DNA of 62,713 nt. Source: Candidatus Woesearchaeota archaeon (lineage in GTDB: Archaea > Nanobdellota > Nanobdellia > Pacearchaeales > GW2011-AR1). Under the pieces are notes generated by a model, which was given only the letters and a program-made list of their open reading frames with translations, was not told the origin of the DNA and ran no database searches. Each line of letters begins with the position of its first letter. Within the stretch, counting starts at the first letter, position 1. Position numbers and translations under genes: made by a program. The DNA is taken from the NCBI GenBank assembly GCA_964606775.1, contig CAZSGW010000001.1, positions 90,002 to 152,714 on the forward strand, written 5' to 3'. Below are positions 52,324 to 59,700 of this stretch, one piece after another.

Positions 52324-52962
52324 CTTTGCTAGTTTATTCAATTGAACTTGACTAACTATCATTGCAACAGGACCTAAAAATATCCACAATGCAAAGAGTC
52401 CTCCCTTACTAAATCCAGTCAATTCATTAATTGCAGCACTATACTTCCAAAAATAAATAAAAGGAACAACAAAATTCACCACCGGAATTAAAAATAACCA
52501 CAAGGTACTTGGTTTTGGAGCTGTTTCTGTATTATGTCTTAATTCTTTAGTTGTTTTAACTAACCAAACAATTCCATAAATCCCAAAAGTAATGATAGAT
52601 AACAACAAAACTATTCCTGCTTTTCTTTGTTTAGGAATTTTCTTTAAATTTTTATTAGAAACACTTTTTTCTTCTTTTTTCTGAAATTTTTCTTCTTTAT
52701 CTTGAACTTTTTTTGCAGGAGTTTCAGGTTTTTGTTGTTTAATTTGAGAAGTAAATTCTTCTTCAACATATTTCTTAGAAGGTTTTTTCGGGGTAGTTTT
52801 CTTTTTAGCCTCAGAAGTTTTTCCTTGTTTTAGATAATTAACAGCATCATCAACAGTCTTCTCTTTAAAACCACCTTTTAACAACTCTTGTTTAAGTCTT
52901 TGATAAGAAAAACCTCTTTTCTTTCCTTTTTGCAAATAATTTACAACTTTTTGACTAACCAT
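52312..52962 (-). CDS. membrane protein: small N-terminal helical domain, K-rich linker, DUF4234-like TM region
   Basis: 216 aa. The N-terminus VVNYLQKGKKRGFSYQRLKQELLKGGFKEKTVDDAVNYL is paralogous to 53503-54030. The C-terminal ITFGIYGIVWLVKTTKEL resembles DUF4234. Confidence 0.6.
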   Translation of the reverse strand: MVSQKVVNYLQKGKKRGFSYQRLKQELLKGGFKEKTVDDAVNYLKQGKTSEAKKKTTPKKPSKKYVEEEFTSQIKQQKPETPAKKVQDKEEKFQKKEEKSVSNKNLKKIPKQRKAGIVLLLSIITFGIYGIVWLVKTTKELRHNTETAPKPSTLWLFLIPVVNFVVPFIYFWKYSAAINELTGFSKGGLFALWIFLGPVAMIVSQVQLNKLAKNNL

Positions 52963-53000
52963 CTTATCCTCTTTTTACAAATATACTAATAAAAATCTAT

Positions 53001-53312
53001 TTAAATATTTTCCTGTTTATTTTTATCTCCCTTGTAAGCATACTTCTCATTATATCTCTTTTGAAATTTTTTATTCCACTTGTTTGATAGCTTTGCAAGT
53101 TTTGAAAAACCAAAAAACAAAAGTGCTATTCCTAAAAATATCAAGCCTGCTTTCCAACTGAATATAAAAGCAATTATAGAAACAATTACAGAAATAATTG
53201 AAATAACTAAACAAACAACAGAAGAAATTTTATTACTCATTTTATTTCTTTCATAAGAAGCATTCACCATTTTATCAGTAAATTGATGCATTGAATCCTT
53301 AAATTCTCCCAT
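53001..53312 (-). CDS. small 2-TM membrane protein
   Basis: 103 aa with two hydrophobic helices in the centre. Confidence 0.5.
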   Translation of the reverse strand: MGEFKDSMHQFTDKMVNASYERNKMSNKISSVVCLVISIISVIVSIIAFIFSWKAGLIFLGIALLFFGFSKLAKLSNKWNKKFQKRYNEKYAYKGDKNKQENI

Positions 53313-53334
53313 ACTCTAAAAATAAAAATAATGT

Positions 53335-53472
53335 TTAAATAGCTTTCTGAAATAAATTATTCTGATTTATTAGAAATCTTTTTGTGCCAATCACAATTAT
53401 CTTGTTTCCTTTTTCTTTTATTTCCGCGTTTGGGCAAGCCTTCAAAATCTTTTTATTAAAATTCTCACGCAT
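53335..53472 (-). CDS. 45-aa chimeric micro-ORF starting with the duplicated M16 start (probably a remnant)
   Basis: Not in the track. MRENFNKKILKACPNAEIKEKGNKIIVIGTKRFLINQNNLFQKAI. The first 8 codons are identical to the M16 peptidase start because of the 60-nt duplication. Confidence 0.3.
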   Translation of the reverse strand: MRENFNKKILKACPNAEIKEKGNKIIVIGTKRFLINQNNLFQKAI

Positions 53473-53507
53473 AAAGAAAAAAAATATGTAACTATTTAAA
53501 GATTATT
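53449..53507. repeat. 60-nt duplicated segment, copy B
   Basis: Same sequence as 52264-52323, apart from one A fewer in the A-run and one G-to-T change. Confidence 0.85.
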
Positions 53508-54030
53508 GCATAAGTAAAAACGCAACAACTCCTCCAGCAACAACAAGTATGCCAACAAAAACCCACCAAAACCACTTAGGAACTCCTTTTGGAGGAGCCT
53601 TCTCTTCACCTTGTCCTTTCTTCATAGCTTCATTAGAAACATTTTCTTTTCTAGCCTTGATATTTTTATCAGAAGACTTTTCAACTTTTTTATTTTCAGA
53701 AACCTTCTGAGACTGAGCAGAACCTTTAGGAACAATTGGTTTAATTTGATTAGTTTGAGAATCCTTAGACTGCTTTTGAACTGCCTTCTTTGGCTTAGCC
53801 TGAGTAGTCTTCGCAACTTTCTTAACAACCTTCTTCTTAGCAGGAGTTGTAGTTTTCTGGGTAGTGGATTTTTTAACCACTTTTTTCTTAGAACTCTTCA
53901 AAAAATTAATCGCCTCGTCAACTTCTGCAGAATTAAAATTATTTTTAACAAGCTCCTGTTTCAATCGAGCATAAGTAAAACCTCTCGCCTTACCCTTCTT
54001 CAAATAATCAACAATAGATTTGTTCACCAT
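53503..54030 (-). CDS. membrane-anchored protein, paralog of 52312-52962 (N-terminal domain)
   Basis: 175 aa. IVDYLKKGKARGFTYARLKQELVKNNFNSAEVDEAINFL is followed by a K/T/Q-rich linker and a C-terminal TM (WFWWVFVGILVVAGGVVAFLL). The + strand ORF 53611-54096 is rejected as a shadow. Confidence 0.6.
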   Translation of the reverse strand: MVNKSIVDYLKKGKARGFTYARLKQELVKNNFNSAEVDEAINFLKSSKKKVVKKSTTQKTTTPAKKKVVKKVAKTTQAKPKKAVQKQSKDSQTNQIKPIVPKGSAQSQKVSENKKVEKSSDKNIKARKENVSNEAMKKGQGEEKAPPKGVPKWFWWVFVGILVVAGGVVAFLLMQ

Positions 54031-54128
54031 CTTTTAAATATAAAAGAAAAATCAATTATAAATGTTTTCATTTCAAAACACTTTATAAAATTTTAATAAA
54101 AAATAGCAAGACTCAAAAAATAAAATAA

Positions 54129-54896
54129 TCATTTCCTAAAAACAATGTACTTTTCTCCTCCAAATTCAAAATCCTCTAAAATTTCAAAATTTTCTTCAAT
54201 ATACTTAATAGCCCAACTTCTTCTAACCTTAAAATTCTCTCTCTTAAAAAAACTCTTCATCGCAAAACTAACAACAAAAATATCACACAAAGAAACAAGC
54301 TCATCTAAAAATTTTTTCGTATAATTTCTTTCTAACATCTCCAAAGAATCAATGGACTTAAACAAAAAACAAATACGGGGTTTTTTTTGCTTTTTAATCA
54401 AGCCTTTAATTTTTTCTAATTCAAATAAGCTCATCTGAACCGCCTTCGCAGAATACTTATTTTTTTCAAAGAAGTAATTACTAACATTAACAAGCTGTCC
54501 AACAGCCTCTATGCCTAAATAATTTACCTCATTCCCCAATTTTTTAAAATACTCATAAGACAATCCATTAATCCCACAACCTAAATCAATAATACTGCAT
54601 TTATCAAAACCCTTCAAAACTCTCGAATAAACTTTCTCGTAATAATCAAACCTCTCTTTTGTAGAAACATGCCTTAACAAAAACCACCGAGCATCCTTGT
54701 CCTTTGGGTTCCTTATCTTTCTTCCCATAAATGCAGTAAAAACTCTCTTCAGTAAATCCCGTGTAAACTTAACCTTCTCACTTTCATTATATTCTTCCTT
54801 ATCAAATTTTTCAAATGCCTTCTCAACATCATTCCGAGGTAATTCAGAAAACTCTGCCTTTGAAATGATCTTCTCAATTAACTCTTCTTTATTCAT
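54129..54896 (-). CDS. FmrO/ArmA/Rmt-like 16S rRNA methyltransferase homologue (class I SAM MTase)
   Basis: 255 aa. LLRHVSTKERFDYYEKVYSRVL....SIIDLGCGINGLSY parallels H.STKERl..ld.lY..if....vlDiaCGlNPL of RmtB/ArmA. FLFKSIDSLEMLERN..., VVSFAMKSF and the C-terminal GGEKYIVFRK parallel ifKllP.LE.q, aVSFPtrSl and g.El.yli.k. Confidence 0.6.
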   Translation of the reverse strand: MNKEELIEKIISKAEFSELPRNDVEKAFEKFDKEEYNESEKVKFTRDLLKRVFTAFMGRKIRNPKDKDARWFLLRHVSTKERFDYYEKVYSRVLKGFDKCSIIDLGCGINGLSYEYFKKLGNEVNYLGIEAVGQLVNVSNYFFEKNKYSAKAVQMSLFELEKIKGLIKKQKKPRICFLFKSIDSLEMLERNYTKKFLDELVSLCDIFVVSFAMKSFFKRENFKVRRSWAIKYIEENFEILEDFEFGGEKYIVFRK

Positions 54897-54930
54897 AAAA
54901 CTTTTAAGCCAAATACCCTTATAAATTTAC

Positions 54931-55857
54931 ATGCCAATAAACATAAACGACCCAGAATACACTAAAGCCGAAAAAGAATTTTACGAAGCCTCAAGTCCCG
55001 AAGAACAACTGATTGCATTAAACAAAATGATTTCTCATATGCCCTCACATAAGGGTGCGGAAAATTTAAGACAACAACTGCGAACAAGAAGAAAAAAATT
55101 AGAATCCCAAATTGAAAAAAAGAAAAAATCTGGAAAATCTTCCAAAATTGGAATAAGAAAAGAAGACATGCAAGCTGTAATAATTGGAAAAACAAATTCA
55201 GGAAAATCCTCTTTACTAAATCTTCTAACAAATGCGGAACCAAAAATATCCGAAACACATTTCAGAACAAAGGAACCTCAAATTGGAATAATGAATTTTG
55301 CAAACACAAATATTCAGTTAATAGAAATCCCAGCAATAGAATCAGAATACTACGAAAAAAGTATAGTTCACACTGCGGACACTGTTTTAATTTTAATAAC
55401 AAAATTGGAAGAAATATCTGAAATAGAAAAAATGCTAAACGCAAGAGGGAAAAAAATAATTCTCTTCAATAAAACAGACAAACTTTCAGAAAATGAAAAG
55501 AGAAAAATATCTGCAACACTTAAATCCAAATATAAAAAATATGATTTTGTCTTAATTTCTACAAAAACAGAAGAAAATATTGAAGAACTAAAAAACAAAA
55601 TATTCCAAAGCTTTGGAAAATTAAGAGTATATACAAAAGAACCTGGAAAAACAATTGAAGAAGCAAAAAGAAGAAAACCAATAATTCTAAATCCAAATTC
55701 AACAATAAAAGATGTTGCAGAAAAAATACTAAAAGGATTTTCAGAAAAAATAAAAGAAACAAAAATAACTGGCCCAAGTTCAAAATTTCCAAATCAAAAA
55801 GTAGGGCTAAAACATAAGGTAAAGGATTTAGATATTGTTGAATTCAAAACAATATAA
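54931..55857 (+). CDS. DRG/Obg-like GTPase with a C-terminal TGS domain
   Basis: 308 aa. G1 is IIGKTNSGKSSLLNLLT and G4-like is LFNKTD. The TGS-like C-terminus is LRVYTKEPGK...PIILNPNSTIKDVAEKI...KVGLKHKVKDLDIVEF. Confidence 0.7.
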   Translation: MPININDPEYTKAEKEFYEASSPEEQLIALNKMISHMPSHKGAENLRQQLRTRRKKLESQIEKKKKSGKSSKIGIRKEDMQAVIIGKTNSGKSSLLNLLTNAEPKISETHFRTKEPQIGIMNFANTNIQLIEIPAIESEYYEKSIVHTADTVLILITKLEEISEIEKMLNARGKKIILFNKTDKLSENEKRKISATLKSKYKKYDFVLISTKTEENIEELKNKIFQSFGKLRVYTKEPGKTIEEAKRRKPIILNPNSTIKDVAEKILKGFSEKIKETKITGPSSKFPNQKVGLKHKVKDLDIVEFKTI

Positions 55858-55864
55858 AAAACAA

Positions 55865-57577
55865 TTATTTCTTTTTAGAAGACTTCTTCCTATATTTCTT
55901 ACTGCCTTTCTTTTTTATTAAAACTAATTTTTTACCTAGAGGGTTTTTCAAAAGATTTATTTTTGATTTTTTTTTATTTTTCTTTTCATTCTTTCTCTTC
56001 TTATAAAGAATAAACCAAATTAGGAAAATAATCAATAAAATCACAATCACAAAAATGATTATAATTCTCCTTTTAATTTTCACGTCAAAAATTGCACTTC
56101 CAATAGCCTTCTTACCGTCATAAGAAACATCCACTTCAAAAATATATTTTTCTGGACAAGTAGTTTCTGGAAGATTAAATTCTTTAAGAAAAATAACTTT
56201 TGTATCAATCGCAATCATCTCCGAATCCTGCAATAAAACGTCTCCATCAAAATTCTTAATATAATAATCAATAACAAAATCTGTCTTATCCAAGTCTCCC
56301 ATTTCAATTATTGTAATTTGTGCAAAAACCTCTTCACCGGGATAAACTACCTGAAATTGAGAAGGTATTTCTACTTTAACATCAAATAAAGCTTCTTTGG
56401 GATTTACCTCTATCACTACAGGAATCTCAACTTTCTGAGAAGAAGACTCAACAAAAATTTTCCCCAAATATAAATCAGATTGAACATTCTCCAAAGCAAA
56501 AACATCTAATAAAACCAATTTAGTCTCTCTTGCACCCAATGTAAATTCTTCTTCCTTGACCCTAATAAAATCTTGTAGATTACTTGAAACACTTATTTCA
56601 ATTTCTGAATCCTGTAAACTTGAAACAGAAAAAAATTCACTTGTAACTCCTCCCTGTTTAAGACTAACCTTCATTTCATCAATACTCACTGAAAATCCCT
56701 GTTGGACAACAGGTGTAGCACCACCTCCACCGCCCCCTCCTCCTCCAGGGGTCTTTGGCTTAGGAGTAGTTGGAGTTTCTCTAACAGTATAAACCCCTCC
56801 CAACCTTGTAACACTAAAAACAAAAACACCTGAAGAATAACTTATCTCCGCACAATCAGAGCAAACACTTCCATCTACCAAAACCTGAGGATTACTAAAA
56901 CTTAAACCTCTAATATAAAGGGTAGCGTTTTTCTCAAAATTAGGTAACTGCGTTTCATTAACAAAAATTCTATTGTCTGAAATATTAATTCCAGAATCCA
57001 AGTCCAAAATATAATCAAAAGAGTCCTCGTCTGAAACCAAATTAACGGTATCGTTCATCACAATTTTCCCATGAGAGGTGTGTTCCAATGTAACATCAGA
57101 AACTGCTCCTGTGTCTTCATAAGGAATTTTAACGAAATCTGTAGAGTCTCCTCTAGTGGACCCGTTAAATTCAGAATAATAAATAGTCAATAAACTCAAA
57201 TTAGAGGTAAAATAAACACTCTCCTTTGAAATAGAACCCGAATTATTTGCATATAAATTTAACAAATGCTGTCCCTCCGTAACATTAAAACTAGAATTTC
57301 CACTAATACTTACATTGGCTCCATTATCCAGATTATACCAAAAATCACTTGCAGAACTTGTAAAATTTAAAGGTAAACTTTCATTATACAAATAAGTTTT
57401 GTTCTCGGGTAAAATAAGATTCAAAACAGGTGGTGCTCCCGTCAAGGTTATCCCTATAGATAAATTATATGATGTAACTTTTCCAGTAAGTGCAACGTCT
57501 CCAGTCAAATCAATTGCCGAGATAAAACAAATAGAAAATAAAACTAAAAATAAAACAAAGACTCCTCTCTTTCCCAT
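55865..57577 (-). CDS. surface protein: signal peptide, sequon-rich beta domains, poly-Gly linker, TM, polybasic tail
   Basis: 570 aa. The N-terminus is MGKRGVFVLFLVLFSICFISA, and many N-x-S/T sequons follow. Other elements are TPKPKTPGGGGGGGGGATP, the TM IIIIFVIVILLIIFLIWFILY and a K-rich tail. Confidence 0.7.
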   Translation of the reverse strand: MGKRGVFVLFLVLFSICFISAIDLTGDVALTGKVTSYNLSIGITLTGAPPVLNLILPENKTYLYNESLPLNFTSSASDFWYNLDNGANVSISGNSSFNVTEGQHLLNLYANNSGSISKESVYFTSNLSLLTIYYSEFNGSTRGDSTDFVKIPYEDTGAVSDVTLEHTSHGKIVMNDTVNLVSDEDSFDYILDLDSGINISDNRIFVNETQLPNFEKNATLYIRGLSFSNPQVLVDGSVCSDCAEISYSSGVFVFSVTRLGGVYTVRETPTTPKPKTPGGGGGGGGGATPVVQQGFSVSIDEMKVSLKQGGVTSEFFSVSSLQDSEIEISVSSNLQDFIRVKEEEFTLGARETKLVLLDVFALENVQSDLYLGKIFVESSSQKVEIPVVIEVNPKEALFDVKVEIPSQFQVVYPGEEVFAQITIIEMGDLDKTDFVIDYYIKNFDGDVLLQDSEMIAIDTKVIFLKEFNLPETTCPEKYIFEVDVSYDGKKAIGSAIFDVKIKRRIIIIFVIVILLIIFLIWFILYKKRKNEKKNKKKSKINLLKNPLGKKLVLIKKKGSKKYRKKSSKKK

Positions 57578-57622
57578 GATAAATAAATCAAAAGATTATA
57601 TTTAAACCTTTTTTAATAGAAA

Positions 57623-58186
57623 TTATTTCTTCTTTTTCTTAGAAGAAGTTTTCTTTTTACATTTAGAACAATTCGTCATTTCCTTCCTTACATAAACTAT
57701 AATCGCAATTAAAAGAATCAAAACTACAATACCTATCAAAACACTAGAGGTCTCATCCGAAATAGCTTTCCCCTTGGTAACCGTTAAAGCAATTTTCTTA
57801 TTCAATCCAGGAGCAATCTTAACATTATCTCCCTCTCCAGAAGAAGTCTGTTCTAATCTAATCACAACACTATAATTTCCTGATTCAGTTTTCCTTGGAA
57901 TATCAAAAACAATTGGAACTTCAACATCCTCAACTCCAAAAGGAACATCATAACTATTTTCAACAAGAGATGCAAATTCTTCCCCAGAAGTAATCTCCAA
58001 ATTAAAAACAACATCTTTTGGTTCCCCCGCCATATTCTGCAACACACAAGAAGTTGTTACCGACTCTCCTGCAGGAATCTCTATTGGGTTGTCATCACTA
58101 TAATCACAACTAATCCCAGATGCACTAATTAAAGCCCCAGCTAAAATAAAACATGCAAAAATTAAACTTAATTTTTTATATTCCAT
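57623..58186 (-). CDS. small surface protein with a C-terminal TM and polybasic tail
   Basis: The track start at 58210 overlaps the upstream gene. The ATG at 58184-58186 (MEYKKLSLIFACFILAGALISASG) overlaps the upstream TAA (TAATG). The C-terminus has LIGIVVLILLIAIIVYV and then ...CSKCKKKTSSKKKKK. Confidence 0.65.
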   Translation of the reverse strand: MEYKKLSLIFACFILAGALISASGISCDYSDDNPIEIPAGESVTTSCVLQNMAGEPKDVVFNLEITSGEEFASLVENSYDVPFGVEDVEVPIVFDIPRKTESGNYSVVIRLEQTSSGEGDNVKIAPGLNKKIALTVTKGKAISDETSSVLIGIVVLILLIAIIVYVRKEMTNCSKCKKKTSSKKKKK

Positions 58187-59094
58187 TATGAATATACCTC
58201 CACTGTCCAACTTCCATGAGTCGATGTTGAATATGACTGTGATGTCAAATCTGCATTCATCGCCTCTAAATAAAAGTACAATTGCTCTTGTCCAGTACTT
58301 CCATCATTAACTGAGTGATTACCTCTATTTAAAGTTGCGCTTGTAACAGTAACTGCAGTATTATTTGATAATAAATCTCCATCCGAAGCATCATTAACAT
58401 TAGTAGATAAATTCTCAGAGTAAATTACCTTAGAACTATCACTATTACCTACTAAGTCCAATGCAGTAACATTAACAGACAAACTCTCATCATTTCCAGT
58501 GTTATTCAAAGTAATTGGATCGTTACCTGCACCAACATCAACATCAGTAACACTTAAACCTGTCCAGTTCAATGCATTAGGATCCATAACAAATGCAGTC
58601 AATTCATTCAAAGAAAAGGTATTTGAAGAATTAGTATCACTCGCACCATTTAAATCAGAAATAGTTCCATTAATAGTCCAAGTCCCATCATCATCAAAAT
58701 ACCACATATCTATGGTACACGAATAATTAGCAGCCCATGCATTCAAATCCGCAACATGAGTACAACTCAAATTATATCTTGTCGTCTCCCCTGATTTATT
58801 AAATTGACCTCTTGCACTAGAATCATCTAAATTCGCAACTCCGTCTGAATCATTAGCAGCAAAATAAAAAGTAATAGCTTTAGAATTATCTTCTGTAACA
58901 GACTGGGAAGATAAAGATGAAACCCAATAAATAACGGGAGCTGTATTTCCTATCGTAACTTGAGCAGCAGTACTTTGAGATGTTGCCTTTCCAGTTCCTG
59001 TCAACCAATCAAATAAACCTGCAGAAACCACTGAAATAGAAACTAAAACTAACGCAAAAACAAAAACCAAAATTAAATTCTTTCTTTTCATCAT
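58186..59094 (-). CDS. secreted protein paralogous to the membrane-proximal ectodomain of the giant protein
   Basis: 302 aa with a signal peptide (MMKRKNLILVFVFALVLVSISVVSAG). It is collinear with residues ...NTAPQISVSS...STSTHGSW of 59148-62713 (shared GETTRYN.SC, ANYSCTI.MWYFD, NELTAFVM, LNNTGND, SGQEQLYF.LE..NADLTSQSYSTSTHGSW). Confidence 0.75.
   Translation of the reverse strand: MMKRKNLILVFVFALVLVSISVVSAGLFDWLTGTGKATSQSTAAQVTIGNTAPVIYWVSSLSSQSVTEDNSKAITFYFAANDSDGVANLDDSSARGQFNKSGETTRYNLSCTHVADLNAWAANYSCTIDMWYFDDDGTWTINGTISDLNGASDTNSSNTFSLNELTAFVMDPNALNWTGLSVTDVDVGAGNDPITLNNTGNDESLSVNVTALDLVGNSDSSKVIYSENLSTNVNDASDGDLLSNNTAVTVTSATLNRGNHSVNDGSTGQEQLYFYLEAMNADLTSQSYSTSTHGSWTVEVYS
58206..58259. 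repeat. 54-nt near-identical repeat (copy in the 302-aa paralog)
   Basis: TCCAACTTCCATGAGTCGATGTTGAATATGACTGTGATGTCAAATCTGCATTCA, read directly. Confidence 0.85.
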
Positions 59095-59147
59095 AACCTC
59101 TTTAGTAAAATTTCTAAATATTTTTACTATTTAAATATTTCTCTTAT

Positions 59148-59700
59148 TTAATTATTCAGTTTTCTTAATGCTCTTGCATGTAATGTCCAAATATTTCGAG
59201 GGTCTTTATTCAAAACTCTCGCTATCTCTGAATTCTTCATCTTCCTCTTCCTTAATTCATAAACTAATGATTCCATAATACTCAAATTACGATTAGAAAA
59301 AATGTCTGCCGAAACAAACAGATTATCTTTCTTTGATTTAATCTTAATCTTATCTTTCTCAATAGCATTTCTATAATTGGTTGAAATTGTCCTAGGATCC
59401 CTATTAATTAGTTTAGAAATTTCTGAAAATCTCATTTTCTTGTTTTCTTTAAGATATTTAGTTAAAGCTTCTGAAGGCCCTAGTTTTCCTTGGAAAATTG
59501 AAACAGGAACAGCTTCTTCTATTCCTTCTTCTTGTTTTTGTTCTTTTGGTAATTCGATTAATTTGTTAATTAAGTCTCCTACAAGTCCTTCTGCTTTAAG
59601 TTCTTTAGCTAGCTTATCTAATTCTTTTAAAGTATATTTTTTCTTTTTCTTTCTTCTCCTCGCAGGAACAACAACTGCAAGCATAATCGAAATTATCCAA
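59148..59700 (-). other. TM-like segment, polybasic stop-transfer and two HTH units
   Basis: HGSWIISIMLAVVVPA-RRRKKKKK comes first. Then VPVSIFQGKLGPSEALTKYLKENKKMRFSEISKLINRDPRTISTNYRNAIEK and VSADIFSNRNLSIMESLVYELRKRKMKNSEIARVLNKDPRNIWTLHARALRKL follow. These are two copies of one unit resembling sigma-70 region 4/LuxR-type HTH. Confidence 0.6.

Noticed and set aside
53611-54096. 161-aa plus-strand ORF competing with 53503-54030 (-).
   Set aside because: The minus-strand product has a clear paralog (52312-52962) with the same N-terminal domain and a C-terminal TM helix. The plus-strand translation is an L/F/R/N-rich shadow.
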